From NCBI GenBank assembly GCA_965637545.1, contig OZ281496.1, positions 15,748,001 through 15,812,000 on the forward strand: DNA of 64,000 nucleotides, read 5' to 3'. The notes below the pieces were generated by a model that saw nothing but the letters and a program-made list of their open reading frames with translations, had not been told where the DNA came from and made no database searches. Origin of the DNA: Phallusia mammillata. Taxonomy: Eukaryota. Shown piece by piece: positions 23,511 through 35,954 of the stretch. The number at the start of each line of letters is the position of its first letter. Position 1 is the first letter of the stretch. Made by a program: the position numbers and the translations under genes.

Positions 23511-24882
23511 ATCTGTATATTCCTCGTGTCGTATTACGTAAGTGTATATTTTCTATTTCTTCCATTCTTCATTCGGTTTCGTTAAAAAAAACATACCAAG
23601 TGTTACTGCGATCTAATCGTGACTATAACGTTCGTTACTTACAGCAACAGCAAGGGCTTTTCACAGGGCCTTAGGCTAAATAAATTTGTTCCTGATAAGA
23701 TTGTCAACTGATTTTAACTTGGAAATATACATTTTCCGACTTGTGATTTACAAATAATGATTCGTTGCAACAAAGGCAGTAGAAACGGGAATCAATTAAC
23801 CAGGAAAAGTAAATAGGTTTTTGAAACTAACCTATTATTTTTTACTAAGTTATAATGCACTCAATTGGTGAACCATTCAATGACAATGAATCGGCATTTC
23901 AGAACATTTCACCAAAAGCTGCTGGAAGATATTGATATTTACAATCCAGGTTTGTACACATTCTCCAAACACTAATATTTAATTTATTCCAGAGATAATT
24001 GACAAACATTTTAATTTTAGATTTTTCCACCATGTCAGAAATGCTTTAATCGTTTTGAAACACGTGTTTAAAAAAACATAGACTGTAAATTAAGAAACTT
24101 ATCAGACGTCTGCTTCACAAGTGTTTTACCTTCTTCCCGCTGACCCTGCACGATATTTATTTGACACACCAATGTCAAAGCAACAGAAGCTGAAGGACGA
24201 TGTTTCTACGGAAAGAAATAGTTTTTAACGAACAAAAATTCCTTTACTTGATATCTAAACGGTCAACTTTTATGTAGAGCAACTGTGGCAGTCCTCCATA
24301 TTGGGAACAAACACTTAAAGGAATTATTTGCAATGTTGAGACAACTTGGAATACCCGCATGGTCGTGTGTTTTTTTCAGCAGCTGATCGCAGATGTCCCT
24401 AGATTATACAAACAATCTGCACACAACAACATTTGACTTATTCCATTGTCAACGATCCTTCAGGTTTATCCTTCATACTAGAAAGAAACGGAATAGTAAA
24501 AACGCACCAATTATCACTGACACCCAACTACTTGTTCCATGCTGTGATAAGACAGTTCAATTTCGCTTGAAACATGTGGTGTGTCTCACCTCGGAAAAGA
24601 AGTTCAACATGGCCATTATATTACGTATGTGTTTCGTAATGGCACAGTTTTTAAATACGACGACAACACGATAGTCAAAACTAATCTGGACGACGCGTTG
24701 AAAGTGACCAGCACATGAAGTTACATTTTTTGTACCAAAATCAGATTAACACCAAACCTTGTCAACACAACTCGCGAAAACATTCTAAAAATTGTGAAAA
24801 GAAAACCTCGCAAAACCTACAAGGTACTTTATGACAAGCGAGGAACAACAGTCTTACACGGTCGAAACTGGATCCTTTAGTG

Positions 24883-25880
24883 CAGGGTCGGCACCCCCTG
24901 GCACACGAGGTGATTTTTCATGGCACACCGAGTGCTTTTCAAGTTTGCATTCTTTTGCAGCTTAGCTGTTTGATATGAATTAAACTATTTGATTACAGTG
25001 ATCTGCGTCGCTTTCCCTGCTTGTGATTTGTATTTTTCCCAGCCAAACACAAGGATGCGTCTGTGTCGTCATAATTTACCAAACAATGCGTGTGTTTAGG
25101 GTGAAGTTAACTGTTTGTTTGGCAGATGTTCATCACTAACCAGTTTGCAATTATTGTGACTTAAAACAACTGTTGCAAATAGTTGAAGCGAATAAGTCAG
25201 AACTGTGCACGGTTTAGTCTTAGCTGTGTCGTTTTCCCTTAAATGTTTCTTCGTAAGAGTGTAAACCTGGTTTTGAAAGGGCAATTAATCATGGAATCTT
25301 CTGTGAAAAATATATATCATTATATCGAGGATAAAGGATGTGCCTGTTTCCGCCAGGACAGTAGAAAGACGCATTATGGACATGGCCACAGATGTAAAAG
25401 AAAAGCAAACTGTTGCACTAATAAATGCGACTGTTTTTAGTGTGGCTTTTGATGAAAGTGTGAATATAAACGACATTTGGACACCCTGTAATAAAGTTTC
25501 ATTGCATTGTTTACCAAGAAAATCTGTGTGCAAAGATTTCAAATTCAGCTCTCAATAACGTTAAGTCTTCTGTAACAAAAATAGTAAATTTCCTAGTCGC
25601 ACGCTCTGTTACAACACACAGACAACTTCGTTCTTTGCTTGAAGATATGGAATGTGCATATCGAGACTTGCCTCTGCACTGCAGCGTAAGATGGCTTAGT
25701 AGTGGTAAGGTTCTGTTGAGATTTGTCGAAAGTCTGGTCGGGATTAAAGCGTTCTTGGCAGAAAAGGGTGAGGCCTATCCTGAATTAGAAAAGCGAAAAC
25801 GAAACTTGGAAAAGATAAACTTTAACTTCGTTTACGATGCTGTTGTCAAATGTCGCATCCTTATAAGATGTGAATTGTAA
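24883..25880 (+). pseudogene. hAT (GTF2IRD2/SPIN-like) element remnant
   Basis: CAGGGTCGGCA terminus with GGCACAC repeats; PVSARTVERRI..FSVAFDES and HCSVRWLSSGKVL.RF fragments. Mirror copy at ~42088-43085. Confidence 0.75.
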
Positions 25881-27198
25881 TACTCTTAACAATAAAATTT
25901 TATGATTAGCAGTGTGCAAAATGTGTTGAAACTTGCTATATCCTTATAATCCTGCAAGTCATACCGTAACATTCAGCAAAATGCGGTTTAACTCTGTCTC
26001 AGGTTCAATATCAAAAGATTGTTCGTCATCTTTCATCAGAAATTAATCAACCTTTTATTTAAGTCTTATTGTTATTCGTGTAAGTTGGTTTAGCTGAGCA
26101 AATAGTCTCATTATTTCATGGAGTTGATTAGCTGCTGGTGGCAATGTTGTACTTTTCACTTTCTGCATTTTAGGGGCTCTTACACTCTGATGTGGTACCA
26201 AAATAGAACTGAAATCAAAGTATTAGATGAATTTCTTTTTGTTAGGTTCATTAATCCTGGTCCACATTTAATGAATAGGTAATAAAAACAGAAATTGCTT
26301 ACTGCTATTATGGAAGACGACTGTTGCGAACAGGTGGTGGTATAAAACAATCACTTTGTGATGTATTTTGTCCAAAACTGTTTTCTTCGGAAGATTGAAC
26401 ATCACTTAATATGTATGCCTTTTCCAGGTGCCGGTCATACGATTCTACTAATAAAAACAATTTTATGATTAAACGCCAATCAGATTTTGATATGAAGGCA
26501 TTATTTAAAGAGACACCATACAGTGACTTTGGGTCGCACCTGTTAAATGTGCCAGAATACAGAAGAATAGCAGACAAGGCAATCTCCGTGCTTATTCAAA
26601 TGCCAACTACGTATTTTTTGCGAAATCAAATCTCGAAAAAGAAATCCAATCACACACATGGATCCATTGATGAGAGGAGCAATTGACAAAGATATCATAC
26701 CTCGGTGTGAGTTAGAGTAATGTGCAACAACAAAACAGTCATTAAATAGGCATTCTTTTTGTTATTTTCTTAAGTTCGTTTGATGCTGTTAATCGAACTC
26801 TCACCGACAGTGTGTAAAACAGGGGCGTGCAACACACGGCCCGCGGCACCTATTTTCGTAGCCCTCGCAGACTTCAAATTACTCTATAGTCATGAATACT
26901 TTTTACTGTTAGAGCATGGAATGCTATTTGTACACCATCACTGGTATTTTTAACTTTGCACAACGTCACACTGTGATAAGGTTTAATTAACTGTGGCGAC
27001 ATATTCCCGTTGTTGCATCATAGTGTTCATTATGAAAGAACTGCCTTTCTAGCAATGATTCAGAAACATGATTTATAGGTTCAGTAAATATAGTGAGATG
27101 TATTGTACGAAAAGGTTAGCAAATGTCCCATTGATTAAAGAGTACTCAAAAAGTAACTTGATTTTGTGCGCCTTGCTATTTAAATAAACTGTTTAAAA

Positions 27199-29291
27199 CA
27201 GCGGTTCCCAACCTGTGGTACGCGTACCACTAGTGGTATGCGAAGGTCTTTCAGGTGGTACGCGAGTAGATTTCGTTTTTTTCACAAAAACCTGGATTCA
27301 CAACTTTATGTTTTGTTTACGAAAAAACGTTACCTAAGCCTATTCTTATTGTTACGTAACTACTCCTGTTGTGTCGTATTATTACGATCTTCAAGTCAAT
27401 TGTCAACAAGAAGCATAGTTGCTTTGAAAAACCGTACAACGCTGTGGTACAGTGGGCGTTAAGGCCCGTTCACACCGGACGTAGCGTAGCGAAGCGAAGT
27501 TGAGCGAACCTTTCGCTACAATGGATTTCAATGGGACTGTTCACACCGGACGCAGCCTTCGCCCGAATTCGGGCGAACTCGGCGAGGTTTCGTGAGCGTA
27601 GCGAAAAAGTTGGGCGAAGGTTCCTGTACAGTCGTAATTTTTTACCAGAAACTTTGCCGAAAAGTGTACAGTAGGCTGGATGAAGGTTTAAAAGTAACGA
27701 GTTTTTGTTTGTCAGTAAAAAAGAACAGTTGGCTGTTTAAAAAAAAATGTAAAACTAGTAGGTTATCTTTTTAAACAGATAAAAATCCAGTTAGAATTTG
27801 AAACAAGTTTTTTAAAACAAATTGCAGTCAATGTAAACAATATGTAAAAATTTAAATAAACGTATAGTCACTGTAGTTAACTAATATGTGTATGTGAGCT
27901 GCAGCTACAAGAAAAACTATATGTGATATTAATTATGAAAACTTATGTTTTGTTTAGCAGGTACAATAAAGACATTTATTTGTAATATAAGCGAGGTATT
28001 TTGTCAAAACAAAACTTGTTTTAATGTATGTGAAGTAAGCTGTATTTTTCTGGTTCCCTTTAACCAAGGATTCCCATGTCTGACTTGATTGGATTTACCA
28101 AAACCATATGTAGGTTTGTATTTTGTAGTAACATGTTTGATATGTATCAGTATCCCTCATCAGTATAATTTTTGCAATGTTTTAAAATGTTGGCATTAGT
28201 ATACTTTTTGCCTTGTCATTCACACGCTGTTCTATCAAATGTTGGTAAATTTTGTGGCCTAGTTTTGTTTGCCATGTGCAGTAGGAGAAAATAATATGTA
28301 AAAAGTAGTTTTAACATGTATAAATGCTATACCACTAAAATCTTTAACACTTAAATATTCTTCAAAACTAGAGTGTTGTTATTTAGATGTAACTCAAGAT
28401 CCTGAAGTGCCATTACTTGATCAAGGAAGGTGAAACTAAGTCTACATCAAGGCCCATGTTGGGAGTGTACTGGCTTTGAAACATCAGAACACTACTTGAA
28501 ACATCAGACCACTACTATGCCAATAAAAAAACAAAAAAATATTCAGTATTTCAAATGATTTGTTGTTAGTTATGATTTCAATAAAATGTTTCTGGCTATT
28601 TTATTTTGTTTCCATGTAGAAAATAAAAAGTTACCATGAAGTTTTGCATGAAAATCCAGGTATTCAATCAGGAACAGGACAGAAATTGTATTTAATAAAC
28701 AGTAATTGGTTCTGGTAACATATGTTTAATGACATATAAAAAAATCAGGACATAGCAATGTGCAGCAAAGAAAAAAATCACAAAACGTTTTCTTCGTGCA
28801 TTTTGGTGATTCAAACATTTTATTACTGTACAGTAAACATGTACAGGGAATATGACGTCACAATGTCAATTAATTCAACAGTAGTTAAATAAATATGATT
28901 TAAGTATTTTATTGACAAATAAACATTCCATGGCATTTATTTATTTGGCAAACTTTGTTTTGTGTATACGACGTTTCCTAAAGAAGTTGGTCGTTCGCCC
29001 AACTTGGCTTCGCTACGCTACGTCCGGTGTGAACACCCCCTTCGCTCAACTTCGCTTCGCTACGCTACGTCCGGTGTGAACGGGCCTTTAATCATGTCAA
29101 GCAGCGAAAATGCAAGAAATAAAAATCTCATCAAATTTAGGTATTGTGCTTTGGTGTTATTTTAGTAGGCCAATATTATTATTCTCCATAAAATATGATT
29201 CGATCAAATTAGTTGTTCTGCAAGAAGTGGTACGCGTGGCAGTACAGAGCGTCCAAGTGGTACGAGGTCGTAAAAAGGTTGGGAAGCCCTG
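27199..29291. mobile_element. hAT MITE (middle of nest), same family as 60585-60868
   Basis: TIRs CAGCGGTTCCCAACC / GGTTGGGAAGCCCTG; TSD GTTTAAAA at 27191-27198 and 29292-29299. Confidence 0.92.
27462..29087. mobile_element. Non-autonomous PIF/Harbinger element (inner of nest)
   Basis: TIR AGGCCCGTTCACACCGGACGTAGCG; TTA TSD; subterminal reiteration of TTCACACCGGACG and CGAA/TTCGC units. Confidence 0.9.
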
Positions 29292-30088
29292 GTTTAAAAA
29301 ATGTGTATGTTGCTTAATTGTCTGGCCCCAGCACTATTTTGACTGTAAGTTGTGGCCCACTGCGATAAACAGTTGCACGCCCCTGGTGTAAAACTTCGGC
29401 AGTTCCGCTCGATTTATATGACATGATGATATGTATACTGATTTTTCACATTGTAGCGGCCTCTCCATCTTCCGATTATCGTGTCTTACATACTAAAACG
29501 ATTCGGACAGATTGCCTTCTTTCTTTGACTCTCGTCTTATGTGGCGTATTCGTACCTTGTACTATTCTATTAAGATGTACCTCCAATAAACACCTCGCTA
29601 CTATATCGCTTTTTACCTCAGTTTAGCTTTTAAGTAAAAAGGGTGCATGAGTTCGTCACAACAACTTTAGGGGTTCACTAGACCAAAAAAGGTTGAAGAG
29701 CACTGGTTTAGACCATCGAAGGCTGGTCAACACATGTGATCTGATCACCATTTGACAAAACTAAACTAAAAGTATTTTCTCTGGCAAAAAAAGCATAGCT
29801 GATATTAAAATAGGTTTAAATACAGTAGAGTTTCAGAAATGTAATTTTGCTCCGTAAGTAAAATGAGTGTAAACATTTTTTGGTGGAAGATATGTCTGAT
29901 TATGTTATTCATATCTGTTAGTGCCTCTGGTTTAGTCCCAATGTAAATGCAAGAATTCTTGATTACCTGGGCACTGTGATAAAGTTTTGGAAATATAAGT
30001 TTGCTGCAGAAAACTCTGTCATAATATCCAAATTTTGCTCTGTAAGTAAATGAGTATCAACTTTTTTTGGTCTGAACATGTTCTTCAT

Positions 30089-30561
30089 GACTAAGTATTG
30101 CTCATCCAGCAGTTTTATTGTAAACAATCGACGTTTCGACGTCCTATACAAGACGCCTTCATCAGGATAATGACATAACTTGCAGGACAAATTTCTTTTA
30201 AAGCGACAAAATGCAAACCACACACATGTAAAACAGCGATAACAAGATCACGCGGCTGCAAACTCGCACCACCGTAGCGATAAAACAAGCTCAGTGGTGT
30301 AAAAGCGACCGATAATTTATCGGCATTAGAACATCTGTTTTAACGTTCATTGTGTTGGCGCGTGAATGGATGTTCCAAGACTCTAGGAAACTTCGCTTGT
30401 GAAAATCAGTTTCCTTCACCAACACTTGAGCAGCAGAAAAGTTAATGCTGTGATGGTGAGTGGTTGCATGGTTTGCCAACGCTGATTTCTTCGCATCCTT
30501 CTTGCCCACATCCCTTTCGTGCTCCTTCCGGCGCGTATTTAGACTTCTACCAGTCTTCTAC
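30089..30561 (-). mobile_element. 5'-truncated Penelope-like retroelement insertion (left arm only)
   Basis: KTGRSLNTRRKEHERD..KKSALANH..FLESWNI (GIY-YIG C-terminus); 12-bp TSD CATGTTCTTCAT at 30077-30088 and 30562-30573; empty site in right arm near 37885-37900. Confidence 0.9.
30127..30168 (-). ncRNA. Minimal hammerhead ribozyme motif in Penelope 3' end
   Basis: ATC CTGATGA A GGCGTCTT gtat AGGACGTC GAA ACGT C GAT; stem II fully paired (two G-U). Confidence 0.75.
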
Positions 30562-30814
30562 CATGTTCTTCATATCTGTCTGTTAGTGTCTCTGGTTAGT
30601 TGTGATGTGAATGGAAGAATCCTTGTGTTTGCTGTTTATATGGGCACTATGACCAGAAAATAAACCCTGATATAAACTGCAACGTAAGAAAGTGATTTTT
30701 CCACTGTATGGTGTTCTGCCAGTTTGAGAACTTTCAAAGAACTGTTTGAGTAAGTGCTAAAACAGGAACTTCTTCTTTTATTAGTTGTGGGACAACCCAA
30801 AATTGCGGGGCTTT

Positions 30815-31405
30815 TTAGTTCATTTTTAGATGACTGTTGGTTAGCTTTATCATGCCTCGTGGGGTCTGTAACAGAATTGCACTGTAAAGTTCTGTTGCCT
30901 CGTGCCCAGATCGATTTTTAAACTGGATTTCGGGTTTTCTGCGATGGATTTGATGATATCTGCAAAATACCTGTTTTTTTGGTATTCTTTGGCGCCAAAG
31001 AAACTTATTCAAATATGTTGGTATGAAGTCCCGTTTAACTTCGTTTCTTCTTAATACTTTATGGGCACTTCTCCACAAGCTTTCAATTTCATTTGTATGG
31101 ACTCCCGTCGCCGTAACATATTACACAGATTATGTTACTTGTTATTTAACCTCTTTTGCATACTTCCTAAGTTGTTGTATGCCCGCCATTCATCGGTGCG
31201 TGGCAAAACGTGCCTCTGAATATCACCTTCCAGGGTTTGTTGTTCTCTTAATAGAACTAACAACATGAAACATTTCCTAAAAACTATTTTTTCTGATCTG
31301 CAATTACGGTCTTATTCTAAGTGTACTATGTACATACTTAGTTTTGGTGCGTCGATAACTGTTGAGGGCGATTCGTCGATGGCCACATGTCCTGGCCCGC
31401 AAATT
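30815..31405 (-). pseudogene. Merlin / IS1595 (ISXO2-like) transposase remnant
   Basis: CGPGHVAIDES, TDEWRAYNNL, HTNEIESLWRSAHK..YLNKFLWRQR; frameshifted. Confidence 0.75.
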
Positions 31406-31716
31406 ATGGTGGAATGTCTCAGTAGTTTTTCTGTACAAATCCAGAAACGAAAAAAAAACGGGTTGTAACTTGTATTACTTTTAATCTTTTACCTCACGAA
31501 CGCCACACCAATACACCAAGGTTCCTTGCATCCTGCGTCCGCTCTTCTGCCAATTGGTGAACAATGGTTAACAACTGCACCATTATCAAGTCGCTTTTTT
31601 TCTAAAAATGAACCCGCTTAAGGGAGTCCTTTCTTCTGCAGTCCCCCCCCCCCCCCAAAAAAAAAATATGAATATAATAATTCGACGTTTGCAGACATTT
31701 TTACATTACCTGTATC

Positions 31717-31862
31717 ACACCAAAATAACTATAACAGATACGTTACATTACGTTTGTGGTTAATTAAATATCCCTTGTCTTCAAATAGCTAGCTTTACAC
31801 CAAAATAACTATAACAGATACGTTACATTACGTTTGTGGTTAATTAAATATCCCTTGTCTTC
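31717..31862 (+). repeat. Two-copy ~80-bp-period tandem duplication
   Basis: ACACCAAAATAACTATAACAGAT(A)CGTTACATTACG...CCCTTGTCTTC occurs twice; mirrored at ~36597-36742. Confidence 0.85.
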
Positions 31863-32701
31863 CGCGTCTCTGGCCGACCTTAGCTGTTGCTGTTTGCTTA
31901 TATTAACTCCACAGTCGAAACGAAATTGCTTTTTCATTTTCTAAGTCTCTAAGAAAGCACAGCAAAGGGACATTTTTCGGGAGTTTTTTCCAACTAGCAA
32001 AGTCATGTTGGAAAACTTATGATAGATTTTTTAGATAAATTTAAAAATATGGTTTTGGGATATTTGAAGTCCTCTAAACTTGTGATTATACTGATTTAAT
32101 TTGGTTCACATATGTCTGTGCCTGGGTAGGTGTTGTTTTATTTCTGTTCCCACTTCCCATTGTTATTAAAGCATCCATAATATCATTTGAGACATAACTA
32201 ATTTTGTTTCTATTTTTTTTCTATCTTTTTCTTTATGTTATTTCTTGTGCTTGTACAAAATTATACTTTTTATGGCCAAAACTAAAACCATTTATATACA
32301 TGTAAAGAGGTTGCAGGTACTTTGTGCATCCTCCGGGAATAAAAACTAAGTTCGTACACACTTTTTTCCACTCAATTTAAAGTAAGACCGTCGTTCTTCT
32401 AATCGTTAGGTGTTGCCGCCTCTATTTGAATAAGAACACGAAAGAAATATTTGAATAAGAAAATTATTTAACTTTTGCAAACCTGGAAAAAAAATTCTGT
32501 ACAATGTCCCCTGTAACACCAAACAAAAATGCAACCTCTAACGTAAGCAGCATCTCATCCAAAGTGGATGTATTGCTGTCACAAATCAGTCAAAACAAAG
32601 ACGAAATGTCGACCAAACTAAATTCGGTTTTGACTGAGCTTCAAATTATTAGAAAGAGCCGGACATTTTTGTCCAGTAAATATGATTTTATTGAAAAGAA
32701 G

Positions 32702-35700
32702 ATTGGTGAACATGAATCCTGTCTGTGCATGTACATGTACTGTACACATCATATAGAAACTCATCGATGTTGAAATGTCTGTAATCCCTAATAAGTTGTG
32801 TCCTTCTAGAATAGATTGTACGGGACTGCACTTTTGTACTATGGTAAATAATGGCAAATGGTCGGATATATCAAAAGTGACCAAACCTGGTAAAATTATG
32901 TCATCGGTGTTGTTTGTATAAATGTGGTCAATTGCTGACATTGTGTTAAAGGGTGAAATATGGGATGGAATTGTAATTATCAATTTTGCACTCGGGCTTG
33001 TTATTATTGCTTTATATTGTTGCATTAAAAATGTGTTTGATTGGGTATTAATGTTGAAATCACCAAGGATGTAGTACTTATCTTTCTTTTTGTTTAATTT
33101 AAACAAGCATGCTTCAAAGTTTGTACAAAAGGGTGAGATATTTGGCCCAGGATGTCTATATACAACACCAATAATCACTATTTATTTGTTGTTTAGCTGT
33201 AACTCAATCCAGAGATTTTCACATTTGTGCATGTCAATATAATGATGTGCTGAAACTTGGTACACCAAATTTGCTCTGATATACAATCCAACACCTCCTG
33301 CTTTTGTTGGTGAGTCATTATGTAAAAAAGTGTATCCACTTAATGATATGTTGGCTGTAGTGTTTGCATGTAATCGTGTTTCAGTTATAGCTATTATATG
33401 TGGCCTAATGTTAGCCATATGCAAAAATTCCTCCAAGGTATGTAAATTGCGCACAAGACTTCTAACATTAAAGTGAAGTAGGGTCAGGTCATAAATCGTG
33501 GTTGGCTGTACTAGCATTTTGAATTCTTCCATATCTAAGCATTTTGATTGTTTAACATTGGTCATGATGCTTGCAGGGTGCTTTGTTTCAGGTTACTGCT
33601 GGGTACATTAAGAAATAAGCAAAGTGACATGAAAATAATTTTCTCCGGGTGCATGCAAAACAAGACACAGCAAGGTGCAAAAAACATTATGAAAAGTACG
33701 TACTGATCTGGGTAACCGGTTGATGTTCTATGACATTTCTGCTGATGGTGAAATCTTGTTTTTTATCATGTCCGCCGCATTGTGGATCGCAATAGTGGCT
33801 GATGTTTCGTTCTTTTTGAGCAAAATGACACCATTTCTTGTCCATATGAATTTAAATCCATTTTGCCTTTTAAATTGAAGGCATTGATAGAACATTTTTT
33901 TGTTTGCCTTAGTTAAACTTTCATTTATGTATATCCGTGGCTGGTGGGCATCTGCTTCAGACACCCTTGCTTTGAATAATTTCGACCGATTGGTGAACAT
34001 TTCATCCCTGATTTTTCTGCTTGTGAATTTCACAATTATAGGTGCGGAGTGTGTGTTTTGCTCCTTATTGTGTGCATACCCAAGTCTGTGGGAGATGCTG
34101 ATGTTTTCCTTCTTAAGTGTGATGTTAAGGCGTTTAGCAACAGCAATGACAATTTCATCTGTGCATTCATTATCAGTGTGTGGGACTCCTTTTATTTCCA
34201 AGCAGTCTCGTCTGCCGTATTGCTCCAGTGCATTTATTTCATGTTTACTTTCTTCTATGTNNNNNNNNNNNNNNNNNNNNNNNNNNNNNNNNNNNNNNNN
34301 NNNNNNNNNNNNNNNNNNNNNNNNNNNNNNNNNNNNNNNNNNNNNNNNNNNNNNNNNNNNNNNNNNNNNNNNNNNNNNNNNNNNNNNNNNNNNNNNNNNN
34401 NNNNNNNNNNNNNNNNNNNNNNNNNNNNNNNNNNNNNNNNNNNNNNNNNNNNNNNNNNNNGTATTAATGTTGAAATCACCAAGGATGTAGTACTTATCTT
34501 TCTTTTTGTTTAATTTAAACAAGCATGCTTCAAAGTTTGTACAAAAGGGTGAGATATTTGGCCCAGGATGTCTATATACAACACCAATAATCACTATTTA
34601 TTTGTTGTTTAGCTGTAACTCAATCCAGAGATTTTCACATTTGTGCATGTCAATATAATGATGTGCTGAAACTTGGTACACCAAATTTGCTCTGATATAC
34701 AATCCAACACCTCCTGCTTTTGTTGGTGAGTCATTATGTAAAAAAGTGTATCCACTTAATGATATGTTGGCTGTAGTGTTTGCATGTAATCGTGTTTCAG
34801 TTATAGCTATTATATGTGGCCTAATGTTAGCCATATGCAAAAATTCCTCCAAGGTATGTAAATTGCGCACAAGACTTCTAACATTAAAGTGAAGTAGGGT
34901 CAGGTCATAAATCGTGGTTGGCTGTACTAGCATTTTGAATTCTTCCATATCTAAGCATTTTGATTGTTTAACATTGGTCATGATGCTTGCAGGGTGCTTT
35001 GTTTCAGGTTACTGCTGGGTACATTAAGAAATAAGCAAAGTGACATGAAAATAATTTTCTCCGGGTGCATGCAAAACAAGACACAGCAAGGTGCAAAAAA
35101 CATTATGAAAAGTACGTACTGATCTGGGTAACCGGTTGATGTTCTATGACATTTCTGCTGATGGTGAAATCTTGTTTTTTATCATGTCCGCCGCATTGTG
35201 GATCGCAATAGTGGCTGATGTTTCGTTCTTTTTGAGCAAAATGACACCATTTCTTGTCCATATGAATTTAAATCCATTTTGCCTTTTAAATTGAAGGCAT
35301 TGATAGAACATTTTTTTGTTTGCCTTAGTTAAACTTTCATTTATGTATATCCGTGGCTGGTGGGCATCTGCTTCAGACACCCTTGCTTTGAATAATTTCG
35401 ACCGATTGGTGAACATTTCATCCCTGATTTTTCTGCTTGTGAATTTCACAATTATAGGTGCGGAGTGTGTGTTTTGCTCCTTATTGTGTGCATACCCAAG
35501 TCTGTGGGAGATGCTGATGTTTTCCTTCTTAAGTGTGATGTTAAGGCGTTTAGCAACAGCAATGACAATTTCATCTGTGCATTCATTATCAGTGTGTGGG
35601 ACTCCTTTTATTTCCAAGCAGTCTCGTCTGCCGTATTGCTCCAGTGCATTTATTTCATGTTTACTTTCTTCTATGTCTTTTTTCATCTGCTTCATTTCCT

Positions 35701-35954
35701 CTTAAGTGAATGTTTTCTTTTTTAATGGTTTTCAGTTCTTGTTCAGTGCTAAGAAGCTTCTTTTCAATAAAATCATATTTACTGGACAAAAATGTCCGGC
35801 TCTTTCTAATAATTTGAAGCTCAGTCAAAACCGAATTTAGTTTGGTCGACATTTCGTCTTTGTTTTGACTGATTTGTGACAGCAATACATCCACTTTGGA
35901 TGAGATGCTGCTTACGTTAGAGGTTGCATTTTTGTTTGGTGTTACAGGGGACAT
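32702..35954 (-). mobile_element. Second CR1/L2-group LINE (ORF1 + endonuclease), palindrome centre; inactivated
   Basis: ORF1 at 35661-35954 and 35144-35695 (frameshift); EN HFNVRSL, ITETR, GVVYRHP, LGDFNI, ISDHLP split by a stop/shift; ends abruptly at the fold junction 32701/32702. Confidence 0.88.
33045..35676. other. 1216-bp direct duplication flanking a 200-N gap (probable unmerged contig overlap)
   Basis: 33045-34260 matches 34461-35676 (offset 1416), and each copy ends exactly at the gap. Confidence 0.85.

Larger units (their letters stand above)
26820..29385. mobile_element. Non-autonomous hAT element (outer of nest)
   Basis: TIR CAGGGGCGTGCAAC at both ends; TSD GTGTAAAA at 26812-26819 and 29386-29393. 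Confidence 0.93.
26308..29705 (+). mobile_element. 3' part of a Buster/Charlie hAT element hosting nested insertions
   Basis: PEYRRIADKAISVLIQMPTTY is homologous to the C-terminus at 47069-47566; ends in GGTTGAAGAGCACTG, the same TIR as element 46898-49406; 5' end not found. Confidence 0.65.
23930..32701 (+). repeat. Left arm of ~20-kb inverted duplication
   Basis: Reverse complement of 35757-44039. ORF pairs mirror with coordinate sums 67968, 67974 and 68458-68459; the shifts are explained by small indels and a 485-bp left-arm-only insertion. Confidence 0.95.

Noticed and set aside
24330-24674. Possible additional Ac-type hAT remnant (NVETTWNTRM)
   Set aside because: Only one degenerate motif; no termini or further support.
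33728-34594. 288-aa ORF fusing LINE endonuclease to ORF1, and other X-containing ORFs
   Set aside because: Artefact of translating through the 200-N gap.
33045-35676. Two tandem LINE copies
   Set aside because: The copies are identical and end exactly at the gap; better explained as an unmerged overlap.
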